Shown here piece by piece: positions 23,512-31,824 of a stretch of DNA of 32,000 bases. The number at the start of each line of letters is the position of its first letter. Position 1 is the first letter of the stretch. The position numbers and the translations under genes are program-made. This DNA comes from Thermodesulfobacteriota bacterium. Its GTDB lineage: Bacteria; Desulfobacterota; WTBG01; JAGOGO01. Location: the NCBI GenBank assembly GCA_026625185.1, contig CP113000.1:3252651-3284650 (forward strand), in the 5' to 3' direction. The notes beneath the pieces are model-generated. The model saw only the letters and a program-made list of their open reading frames with translations. It had not been told where the DNA came from and made no database searches.

Positions 23512-24105
23512 ATGATTGCGGAGGCTTTAAACCGCTTAGTGCGAGAGCTAACCAAGCTTCCAAGCATCGGAGAAAAGACAGCCTTGAGGATGGCTTTTCA
23601 TATTATCTCACTGCCAAGGTCAGAGGCTCAGTCTTTAGCCCAAAGCATTATCGAGATAAAAGAAAAAGTAACTCTTTGTTCAGTCTGTTTTAATATAACT
23701 GATTGTAATCCTTGCTCTATTTGCGAAAGCGACCGGAGCAACTCAGACACCATTTGTGTTGTTGAATCCCCGGCACACCTCGCGGCCTTTGAGCGCACCG
23801 GACAATTCAAAGGAATCTATCATGTGCTCCAGGGAGTAATCTCCCCTTTACGCAACACCTCACCTGATGATTTGAAAATAAAAGAACTGGTAACTCGCCT
23901 TCAACAGGGTAAAGTCAAAGAAGTAATCTTAGCCATGAACCCAACCCGAGAAGGTGAAACCACGGCAATCTACTTAGCTAATATAATAAAACCACTTTCG
24001 CTAAAAGTAACGCGGATTGCCCAGGGAATTCCTAGGGGCGGAGAAATCGAATACCTTGATGAATCAACCTTAAAATCTTCTCTCGAAGGCCGGAGAGAAC
24101 TTTAG
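23512..24105 (+). CDS. recR: recombination protein RecR
   Basis: 197 aa with LP.IGEKTALRMAFH (HhH), the C4 zinc finger CSVCFNITDCNPCSIC and a Toprim part (ICVVESP.....E......G.YHVL.G.ISP). Confidence 0.95.
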   Translation: MIAEALNRLVRELTKLPSIGEKTALRMAFHIISLPRSEAQSLAQSIIEIKEKVTLCSVCFNITDCNPCSICESDRSNSDTICVVESPAHLAAFERTGQFKGIYHVLQGVISPLRNTSPDDLKIKELVTRLQQGKVKEVILAMNPTREGETTAIYLANIIKPLSLKVTRIAQGIPRGGEIEYLDESTLKSSLEGRREL

Positions 24106-24134
24106 CTCTTACCTTAAAATTTTTTTAAGAAATT

Positions 24135-24164
24135 CTTGACAAATAATAAAAAAATAAGTTATTA
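24135..24164 (+). promoter_or_regulatory. candidate promoter of the por operon
   Basis: TTGACA at 24135-24140, an 18-nt spacer, TATTAA at 24159-24164, about 40 nt upstream of porG ATG (RBS AGGAG). The -35 context TTGACAAAT also occurs at 4559 and 30325. Confidence 0.35.
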
Positions 24165-24203
24165 AAAATCCCTTTCATGACAATTATTTTAGGAGCTTGA
24201 AAT

Positions 24204-24770
24204 ATGATTGAAATTCGGTTACATGGCCGAGGCGGACAAGGAGCAGTAACCTCTGCTGAATTATTAGCATTGGCAGCTATAAGTCAGGGGAAATATGCTC
24301 AGGCTTTCCCAAGTTTTGGACCCGAGAGACGAGGCGCTCCGGTAGTCGCCTTTTGCCGCATTGATGATAAACCAATCCGAATCCGGGCTAATATTTATCA
24401 TCCAGACTTAGTCTTGGTTCTCGACCCCTCTATCCTCAGACTCGTCAAGGTGACCGCCGGGTTAAAGGAGGATGGGTTTTTGGTGGCGAACACCAAATAC
24501 TCCGGAGAGGAAATCAGAAAAGAACTCGGGATAAAACATGCTCTCGCCACGGTAAATGCCACTAAAATCGCGATGGAAGAACTGGGCCTCCCGATAGCGA
24601 ACACCACCATGCTCGGTTCTTTGCTGAGAGCAAAAGAAGTAGTACCCCTTGAGACGCTGATTGATCCTCTCAAAAAGAGGTTTGGCCGGATTGCGGAAAA
24701 AAATATCAAAGCTTGTAAAAGAGCTTTTGAAGAAACTTCAGTAATAAAGCAAGAAGGAGAAAAACGTTGA
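24204..24770 (+). CDS. porG: pyruvate/2-oxoacid:ferredoxin oxidoreductase, gamma subunit
   Basis: 188 aa with IRLHGRGGQGAVTSAELLA.AA...GKYAQAFPSFGPERRGAPV. Confidence 0.85.
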   Translation: MIEIRLHGRGGQGAVTSAELLALAAISQGKYAQAFPSFGPERRGAPVVAFCRIDDKPIRIRANIYHPDLVLVLDPSILRLVKVTAGLKEDGFLVANTKYSGEEIRKELGIKHALATVNATKIAMEELGLPIANTTMLGSLLRAKEVVPLETLIDPLKKRFGRIAEKNIKACKRAFEETSVIKQEGEKR

Positions 24771-25060
24771 TAAAGTCAGAAGAAGAGCTTACGTGGAAAG
24801 ATCTGGAGGTTGGCTGCGTAGTAAGTGATGCCGGTAATGCCCGCCAGTATAAAACCGGAGACTGGCGATCTTTGCGGCCGATTTGCGATAAAACGAAATG
24901 CATTAAATGCGGAGTTTGTTATATCTTTTGTCCGGATATGGCTATCCAAAAAACTGAGGAAGGATATTTTGAGGCTGACCTCTACTATTGCAAAGGGTGC
25001 GGAATCTGTGCCCAGGAATGTATCACGAGCTGTATAACCATGGTAGAGGAGGAAGAATAA
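24767..25060 (+). CDS. porD: pyruvate/2-oxoacid:ferredoxin oxidoreductase, delta (2x[4Fe-4S]) subunit
   Basis: 97 aa with CIKCGVCYIFCP and CKGCGICAQEC. The TTG start overlaps the porG stop (TTGA), with AGGAG 8 nt upstream. Confidence 0.85.
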   Translation: MIKSEEELTWKDLEVGCVVSDAGNARQYKTGDWRSLRPICDKTKCIKCGVCYIFCPDMAIQKTEEGYFEADLYYCKGCGICAQECITSCITMVEEEE

Positions 25061-26238
25061 TGGGCGAACGAGTTGGAATCGAAGTATCTTTAGCAGCATC
25101 TGAGGCAGTCAAAATGGCCAATGTGGATGTGGTGGCCGCCTATCCCATCACACCCCAGACCCATATTGTGGAGCACCTCTCTGAGCTGGTAGCTGACGGA
25201 GAGCTTGATGCGGAATTTATTCCCGTGGAATCCGAACATTCCGCCATGAGCGTGTGCTGCGGATCATCCGCAGTCGGAGCAAGGACATTTACCTGCACCA
25301 GCTCGCAAGGACTCGCCCTCATGAATGAAATTGTTTTTATTGCTGCTTCCTTACGGCTTCCCATTGTTATGCTTTTAGCCAACCGTTCTCTTTCCGGCCC
25401 CCTCAGTATCTGGAACGACCACAGTGATGTTATGTCAATTCGTGACTGCGGTTGGATTCAGGTGTTTGCGGAAAACGGCCAAGAAGTTTTTGACCATGTT
25501 TTATTTGCTTTTCGGGTAGCTGAGGATGCAAAGGTATCTCTTCCGGTTATCGTTAACATTGATGGTTTTGTTCTCACCCACATGATCGAGCCTTTGGAAT
25601 TCTGGGATGAAGCTACCGTGAAAAAATACCTTCCGGATTTCAAACCAGTCAATCAACTCCATCCCGACAAACCAATAACCATGGGGGCTTTTGGGATGCC
25701 GATTATTTTTACTGAGGCAAAAAAGGCTCAAGATGAGGCCCTTATTAAAGCGAAGACCGAAATCCTTAAAGCCTGGGAGGAAATGGGTGATCTTGTAGGA
25801 AGACATTATCAGCCGGTGGAAACCAGCCACCTTGAAGGAGCAGACACTGTCTTCTTAACCCTGGGTAGCATCGGAGAAACGGTTTCCCTCGCGGTAAATG
25901 AACTTCGATCCCGGGGAAAAGCCGTTGGCCAAGTTAAGTTGAGACTCTGGCGGCCATTCCCCTTTGAAGAATTCCGGCAAGCGGTTAAAGGGGTTAAACG
26001 GATTATAGTGATCGATCGGGCGATCTCTTATGGTGGACCAGGGGGACCAGTGGCGAGCGAAATCCGGGCTGCCCTTTACAAAGAACGAACAATGCCGGTA
26101 ATCACGAATTTCATTTGTGGATTAGCGGGACGCGATGTAACTCCCGACGACTATTTTAAAATGTACGAAAAAACCGAAAAAATGACCAAAAAGAAAGTGC
26201 GCGAAGAAGACTATATCATTTATGGCGTGAGGGAATAA
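25060..26238 (+). CDS. porA: pyruvate/2-oxoacid:ferredoxin oxidoreductase, alpha subunit
   Basis: 392 aa from ATG 25060 (TAATG overlap with porD), with AAYPITPQT and SEHSAMS. The 24988 start in the track would overlap porD by 73 nt. Confidence 0.9.
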   Translation: MGERVGIEVSLAASEAVKMANVDVVAAYPITPQTHIVEHLSELVADGELDAEFIPVESEHSAMSVCCGSSAVGARTFTCTSSQGLALMNEIVFIAASLRLPIVMLLANRSLSGPLSIWNDHSDVMSIRDCGWIQVFAENGQEVFDHVLFAFRVAEDAKVSLPVIVNIDGFVLTHMIEPLEFWDEATVKKYLPDFKPVNQLHPDKPITMGAFGMPIIFTEAKKAQDEALIKAKTEILKAWEEMGDLVGRHYQPVETSHLEGADTVFLTLGSIGETVSLAVNELRSRGKAVGQVKLRLWRPFPFEEFRQAVKGVKRIIVIDRAISYGGPGGPVASEIRAALYKERTMPVITNFICGLAGRDVTPDDYFKMYEKTEKMTKKKVREEDYIIYGVRE

Positions 26239-27161
26239 TGGAACTATTAAATGTTTATGCCAGCCGGCTTATAACTAAAAAAGAATACTTTACTCCTGGC
26301 CACCGGGCTTGTCAGGGATGTGCCGAGGCATTAGCCGTAAGGCTGGTAGCTAAGGCTTTGGGTAAAAATGTTGTGGTTGCCAGCGCTACTGGCTGCATGG
26401 AAATCGTTTCCTCCCCTTTGCCGTTCACCAACTGGGGGGTACCGTGGATCCATGTGGCCTTTGAAAACGCAGCGGCAGTAGCAAGCGGCGCTGAGGCTGG
26501 AACCAAAGCGCTTATCCGGAAAGGGAAACTCAGGGATAAAGGCACCGTATTTCTCGGCATGGGTGGCGATGGAGCAACCTCCGACATTGGGCTTCAAGCA
26601 TTATCCGGCGCTCTTGAGCGAGGGCATAATTTTCTCTATGTCTGTTACGATAATGAAGCGTACATGAATACCGGTATCCAGCGTTCATCCGCGACTCCTT
26701 TTGGGGCCGCAACCACAACCTCTCCAGCCGGAAATTTAAAACCGGGTCAGGTCACGTGGAAGAAAAACATGCCGGAAATTGCGGTTGCCCATAACATCCC
26801 GTATGTTGCCACAGCGTGTTCAAGCTACCCGTTTGATCTAATCAAAAAGGTGGAAAAAGCGGCCCGTATTCAAGGTCCCGCGTATGTTCATGTTCTCTCA
26901 ATTTGTCCTACCGGATGGCGTCTTCCTACGGATAAGGCGATCTGGATTGGCCGACTGGCAGTTGAAACCGGGGTATTTCCCCTGTATGAAGTTGAACATG
27001 GGAAATACCGGCTCACCCTGGATGTGGGAGAACTGAGACCAGTAAAAGAGTATTTAAAGCCACAAGGACGGTTTCGCCATTTGACAGATGAACTCGTTGA
27101 GGAAATTCAGAAAAGAGTGACAGAAGAATATTATAAACTCAAAATAAAAACCACGCTCTAA
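26238..27161 (+). CDS. porB: pyruvate/2-oxoacid:ferredoxin oxidoreductase, beta (TPP-binding) subunit
   Basis: 307 aa with GHRACQGC, GMGGDGATSDIG, CYDNEAYMNTGIQRS and a TAATG overlap with porA. Confidence 0.9.
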   Translation: MELLNVYASRLITKKEYFTPGHRACQGCAEALAVRLVAKALGKNVVVASATGCMEIVSSPLPFTNWGVPWIHVAFENAAAVASGAEAGTKALIRKGKLRDKGTVFLGMGGDGATSDIGLQALSGALERGHNFLYVCYDNEAYMNTGIQRSSATPFGAATTTSPAGNLKPGQVTWKKNMPEIAVAHNIPYVATACSSYPFDLIKKVEKAARIQGPAYVHVLSICPTGWRLPTDKAIWIGRLAVETGVFPLYEVEHGKYRLTLDVGELRPVKEYLKPQGRFRHLTDELVEEIQKRVTEEYYKLKIKTTL

Positions 27162-27246
27162 GATAAGGGATGGGGCTCCCGGAAAATCGGGACTCTTTCT
27201 CCAGGCGTTCGAATTCCATTTAAAGAAATTCTTTTAAGGAAAAAGT

Positions 27247-27723
27247 ATGGAAGCAAATGTAAAAGAAATCATTAAGCGGTATGGAGAGGATAAAAGCTTC
27301 TTGGTTCCCATTCTCCAGGATGTGCAGAAGCGTTTCAATTACCTTCCCAAGGAAGCCCTTAACAACGTAAGCACGTTACTTGGCGTCCCGATAAGCCAAA
27401 TCTATCATGTGGCAACGTTTTATAAAGCCTTTAGTTTAACCCCCAGGGGAAAACACCAATTCAGCCTTTGTCTTGGAACTGCCTGTCATGTGCGCAATGC
27501 CCCCCTTATTAAAGAACACCTTGAAAGGAATCTATATATTAAGGCAGGTGAAACCACCTCGGATTTAAAGTTTACTTTCGAGACCGTTAACTGCTTAGGT
27601 GCTTGTGCCCTTGGACCCATTATGGTTGTCGATGGAGAGTACCATGGACAGATGACCATCGCGAAGACCAATAAGATACTGAAAAATATAGAAAAGAAGG
27701 TAGTGGCCGATGAAGAAGATTAA
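27247..27723 (+). CDS. NuoE/HoxE/HydC-like thioredoxin-like [2Fe-2S] subunit (paralog 2)
   Basis: 158 aa with ATFYKAFSL.P.GKH...CLGTACHVRN...VNCLGACALGPIMVV. Confidence 0.9.
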   Translation: MEANVKEIIKRYGEDKSFLVPILQDVQKRFNYLPKEALNNVSTLLGVPISQIYHVATFYKAFSLTPRGKHQFSLCLGTACHVRNAPLIKEHLERNLYIKAGETTSDLKFTFETVNCLGACALGPIMVVDGEYHGQMTIAKTNKILKNIEKKVVADEED

Positions 27724-29563
27724 ATCACCTCAAGAACTTGAAATTTTTCGCAGGGAGATCGTATCAAAAAGAGATCCTCATAAGCCATGCATTGCAATAT
27801 GTGCAGGCACCGGATGTCTTGCCCTCCAATCAGATAAAATAATTGATTCCTTCAAAGAGGAAATTCAAAAGCAGGGACTGCAAGAGAAAGTAGACTTACG
27901 AGAAACAGGCTGCCCAGGTTTCTGCGAAAAAGGGCCTATTGTCGTTATTTATCCCGAAGAGATCACCTACCTACGGGTAAAGATGGAAGACGTTTCCGAA
28001 ATTATAGCAAAAAGCGTCACTGGCCAGGAAATTATCGAACGGCTGGTTTATGCGGATCCTGCCAGCGGTAATAAAGTTATCAAAGATTCAGAAATAACTT
28101 TTTATAAAAAGCAAAAAAGATTTCTCATTGGAAACAATATCTTAATTGATCCAAGAAATATCGAGGATTATTTTGCGCTCAACGGTTATTCAGCGCTATC
28201 TAAGGTTTTATTCCAGATGAGCCCTGAAAAGGTGATTGAAGAGATAATCAAATCAAAACTCAGAGGAAGGGGCGGCGGCGGCTTCCCAACCGGATGGAAA
28301 TGGGATGCTACCCGAAAGGCAGTCGGTAATCCTAAATACGTTATCTGTAATGCTGATGAAGGTGATCCTGGGGCTTTTATGGATCGAGCGCTTTTAGAGG
28401 GAAACCCACATTCGGTTTTAGAAGGCATGATCATAGGCGCTTATGCTATCGGATCCGAGCATGGTTATATTTACGTAAGAAATGAATATCCCCTGGCAGT
28501 GGAAAATGCCACAATTGCAATTGAGAAGGCGCGGGAGCTCGGCTTGTTAGGAGAAAAAATCTTGGGAAGTAGTTTTAGCTTTGACATTAAGATTAATCGC
28601 GGCGGCGGCGCTTTTGTATGCGGGGAGTCTTCCGCACTTTTTGCTTCCATTGAGGGACGTCCGGGTGAGCCCAGGGCAAAATATGTTCACGCCACTGATC
28701 GGGGCCTTTACGACAAACCCACAAACCTCAATAACGTTGAAACCTGGGCGAATGTACCTCTGATTATTAATAAAGGAGCGGATTGGTACCAAAGCATTGG
28801 CACGGAAAACAGTAAAGGAACTAAAATTTTTTCCTTAGTCGGCAAGATCAATAATACCGGCTTGGTAGAAGTTCCCATGGGTATAACCTTGAGAGAGATT
28901 GTTTTTGAGATCGGCGGAGGAATCCCCAAAGGAAGAAAATTCAAAGCGGTGCAAACCGGAGGTCCATCAGGGGGATGCATTCCGGAGCAGTTTTTGGATA
29001 TGCCGGTAGACTTTGATGAGCTTTCCAAAATCGGGTCGATGATGGGCTCAGGCGGCATGATCGTCATGGATGACCGAAACTGTGTTGTGGACGTGGCAAA
29101 ATACTTTCTTAACTTCCTTGAAGAAGAATCATGCGGAAAATGCACGCCTTGCAGAGAAGGAGTGCTTCAGATGCGTCTAATTCTTGACCGGATTACTGAA
29201 GGAAATGGCAAAGAAGAAGACTTAGATACGCTTGAGTGGATGGGAAGGGCCATTATTGATGGATCTCTCTGCGCTTTGGGAGGGAGTGCTCCCAATCCGG
29301 TACTAAGCACCATTCGTTATTTCCGGGAAGAGTATGAAGCCCATATTAAGGATAAGAAATGTCCCGCGGGTGTCTGTAAAGCCCTGATCAATTATTCCAT
29401 TGATGCTGAAGCATGCACCGGCTGCGGCGTTTGTGCTCGAATCTGCCCCACGAAAGCAGCGACTGGAGAGAAAAAACAAGTTCACGCCATTGACTTAGAG
29501 AAATGTATCAAGTGTGGGGCGTGTTTTGAATCCTGCAAACTTGACGCCATTAAGGTTGCTTAG
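27710..29563 (+). CDS. NuoF/HoxF/HydB-like NAD(H)/FMN flavoprotein with N-terminal 2Fe-2S domain and C-terminal 2x[4Fe-4S] domain (paralog 2)
   Basis: 617 aa. N-terminal CAGTGC...CPGFC, then LRGRGGGGFPTGWKW, KYVICNADEGDPGAF, ESCGKCTPCREG, CTGCGVCARICP and CIKCGACFESC. There is a 14-nt overlap with the NuoE-like gene, the same overlap length as in paralog 1. Confidence 0.92.
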   Translation: MKKIKSPQELEIFRREIVSKRDPHKPCIAICAGTGCLALQSDKIIDSFKEEIQKQGLQEKVDLRETGCPGFCEKGPIVVIYPEEITYLRVKMEDVSEIIAKSVTGQEIIERLVYADPASGNKVIKDSEITFYKKQKRFLIGNNILIDPRNIEDYFALNGYSALSKVLFQMSPEKVIEEIIKSKLRGRGGGGFPTGWKWDATRKAVGNPKYVICNADEGDPGAFMDRALLEGNPHSVLEGMIIGAYAIGSEHGYIYVRNEYPLAVENATIAIEKARELGLLGEKILGSSFSFDIKINRGGGAFVCGESSALFASIEGRPGEPRAKYVHATDRGLYDKPTNLNNVETWANVPLIINKGADWYQSIGTENSKGTKIFSLVGKINNTGLVEVPMGITLREIVFEIGGGIPKGRKFKAVQTGGPSGGCIPEQFLDMPVDFDELSKIGSMMGSGGMIVMDDRNCVVDVAKYFLNFLEEESCGKCTPCREGVLQMRLILDRITEGNGKEEDLDTLEWMGRAIIDGSLCALGGSAPNPVLSTIRYFREEYEAHIKDKKCPAGVCKALINYSIDAEACTGCGVCARICPTKAATGEKKQVHAIDLEKCIKCGACFESCKLDAIKVA

Positions 29564-29608
29564 TAACACGAACATTAAATATGAAACGAAATAATAGAGG
29601 AGTAAGCA

Positions 29609-30322
29609 ATGCCGGAATTGGTCACCTTAAAAATAGACGGCCGAGAGATAACCGCATCAGAGAGAAACACCATTCTGGAAGCGGCGCGCGATGCTAATAT
29701 CTATATTCCAAACCTTTGTAGCAATGAAGAACTAACTCCTTACGGCGCCTGCCGACTCTGTATGGTAGAAATAGTCCACGGAAAGAAAACCCGTTTGGTT
29801 ACTTCTTGTAACTATGAAGTAACAGAAGGTTTAGAAGTTAAAACGAATACGGAGAGAGTGTTGCGAGTACGAAGGCTGGTAATTGAACTCTTGTTAACGC
29901 GCAATCCGAAGCACCCAGCCTTAAGGAAGATAGCTGATGAACTGGGCGTGGTGGAGACCCGTTTTGGTATCGACTTCAAGGGATGTATTATGTGCGGTCA
30001 ATGTGTCCGAACCTGCCGTGAAGTGGTGGGAGTCTCAGCTATTGGTTTTAAAAGCCGGGGTCATACTCGAAAAGTAGCCACTCCTTTTGATGAGTCTCCT
30101 CCTGACTGTATTGCCTGTGGTTCTTGTTCCTATATCTGCCCGGTTCAGGTTATTCCCATGGAGGATAAAAACGGGGTAAGGAAGATCTGGAAAACCGACT
30201 TCCCCTTGCAAAAATGCGCGCAGTGTGGCCGATATTTCGCGCCGATTAAACAGCTTGAATATTTTCAAAAACTTGTTAACCTTCCTGAAGACCACTTTAA
30301 CAAATGCAAAAACTGCCGGTAA
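29609..30322 (+). CDS. short NuoG/HoxU-like Fe-S subunit (2Fe-2S + 2x 4Fe-4S + C-terminal CxxC..CxxC); no catalytic domain
   Basis: 237 aa with C37-x10-C-x2-C-x15-C, CIMCGQCVRTC, CIACGSCSYICP and C-terminal CAQCG...CKNCR. The segment that carries Hx3Cx2Cx5C in paralog 1 contains no Cys here (LLLTRNPKHPALRKIADELG). Confidence 0.8.
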   Translation: MPELVTLKIDGREITASERNTILEAARDANIYIPNLCSNEELTPYGACRLCMVEIVHGKKTRLVTSCNYEVTEGLEVKTNTERVLRVRRLVIELLLTRNPKHPALRKIADELGVVETRFGIDFKGCIMCGQCVRTCREVVGVSAIGFKSRGHTRKVATPFDESPPDCIACGSCSYICPVQVIPMEDKNGVRKIWKTDFPLQKCAQCGRYFAPIKQLEYFQKLVNLPEDHFNKCKNCR

Positions 30323-30410
30323 ATTTGACAAATGCACCTTAAATAGGTTAAAAATATTTTATTCTGAATTTTGTCTTTTGATTCCTGACTTCTGATTTCG
30401 CATAGACTTT

Positions 30411-30466
30411 TCCACGGTAGCCCAGTCGGCAGAATCCCGCGGCCGCGGGATTAACCACTTGGTTGC
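30411..30466 (+). pseudogene. decayed tandem copy of tRNA-Asn (5' portion) with palindrome replacing the anticodon arm
   Basis: tccacggtagcccagtcggcaga...taaccacttggt aligns with tccccggtagctcagtcggcaga...taaccacttggt of the intact gene 77 nt downstream. Where the intact gene has gcgggtggctgt, the pseudogene has atcccgcggccgcgggat, a perfect 18-bp palindrome. The T-arm and 3' acceptor are missing and an A10 run follows. Confidence 0.65.
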
Positions 30467-30487
30467 TTGGAAAAAAAAAATCTAAAT

Positions 30488-30560
30488 TCCCCGGTAGCTC
30501 AGTCGGCAGAGCGGGTGGCTGTTAACCACTTGGTCGGCGGTTCGAATCCGTCCCGGGGAG
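30488..30560 (+). tRNA. tRNA-Asn (anticodon GTT)
   Basis: Hand-folded. Acceptor tccccgg/ccgggga, D-arm gctc-agtcggc-agagc, anticodon stem ggtgg/ccact with loop ctGTTaa, T-arm ggcgg-ttcgaat-ccgtc, discriminator g. CCA is not encoded. Confidence 0.9.
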
Positions 30561-30572
30561 CTAAGAATTTCA

Positions 30573-30607
30573 AGGGGTTAGTAAATTTACTGACCCTTTA
30601 TTTTTTG
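30573..30607 (+). terminator. rho-independent terminator after tRNA-Asn
   Basis: The arms ggggttagtaaa and tttactgaccc form a stem of about 10-11 bp with one U.G. It is followed by tttatttttt. Confidence 0.6.
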
Positions 30608-30887
30608 AAATTTGTTAGGTTTTTGTAAGGCAGATTTCCCCTCTAACGTTGTCGGGTTTAATAGAATCGGCCACAAATTGTAACAAAAACTTTGACAACT
30701 TAATTGAATTGGGCACAAATTCCCGAGCGGTTTTTTAGGCAACACAAAACCTGTCTGATTTTTTACCTCAAAATCAGCAGGTTTTTTTATCCCCAAATTT
30801 ACGGCCCTCAACGTTTTAAACCCAATAAAACAATATGCTTAACCGTGCATAAAATTCTCACTTTCTCTAAAAATTACAGACCAGCAA

Positions 30888-31627
30888 TTATTTTGCTTCG
30901 CGGTGTCTACCCTCTCGATTTGCCCTATCTTTAAGAGAGAACGGAGTAATTTTAAACTCATTAAATATTTTTCGGAGCTCCGTTGCATCATTAATACTGA
31001 GAATAAATTTCCCCATAATTTTCCCCAAAATTTCAGCTACTCCTGGTAGTCAGGTAACTCCATGTTATAACGGTAAACTGGGTCTTCCATTATGGCGGAT
31101 CAAGATAAAAAAATGTCTTATCACGATCATAGAGGGTAACAAACTTCTGCCAGGATAAATTTTTAATAATAACTCTGGTCAAACGAAGATGCACTTCGGA
31201 CAATTCTTCTTCCATTCTCAGTAAATTAACTCTGAGACAACGGTCAAGGGTGGCCGCAAAATTTCTTGTGCGCACCATTCCCGGAATATGCTTGGCGTTG
31301 CAGATAATAATAACTGGCGGCTCGTTGAATATCCGTTAAGCCTCCAGCGCCTTGCTGCCGTTTATAGTCTTCAAAATATTCACGTGACGATAATACCCAT
31401 TTAAATTGCTTCAAAAATTCTTCCAGGGGATTTTGAAGAACTCTATAAAAACAAATCAGATCACGGTCGAGATCGCTGATAATCTAAATTTTTGACTCAT
31501 CCTTACGAAAAAACATCCAGGCCGCGCCTGCCATAACTTCACAGTAGGTTTCATGCGGTGGTATCATTTTAATAATAATTGGAGATAATTTACTTTTACC
31601 ACCGATATACGCTAACGGACTGTCCAT
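30888..31627 (-). pseudogene. D12-class (Dam-like) N6-adenine DNA methyltransferase, multiply disrupted
   Basis: Minus-strand translation gives AAGGAGGTG-N5-ATG (31627), then MDSPLAYIGGKSKLSPIIIKMIPPHETYCEVMAGAAWMFFRKDESKI and TAG (31484-31486). It continues IISDLDRDLICFYRVLQNP...RAASYYYLQRQAYSG, with a frameshift near 31280. Next comes MVRTRNFAATLDR...VIIKNLSWQKFVTLYDRDKTFFYLDPP and TAA (31090-31092) in place of the Tyr of DPPY. Further frame changes follow before GKFILSINDATELRKIFNEFKI and the stop at 30888-30890. Confidence 0.8.
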
Positions 31628-31824
31628 TGGGCACCTCCTTGCACCAAAAAATAACTTATGTTATTATGCGATCACCTTTGTTTCCCAATTGGGGGGCGAA
31701 AAGTTAAACTAATCAGATTTGATTAAGTTTTTTTTAAAAATTGCAAGTTGAATCATCGTTACAAAAAACCTGGCGATTTTTGAATACCAGAGAATTTATT
31801 GATTCATTTTTAAAGGAGGAAAAG

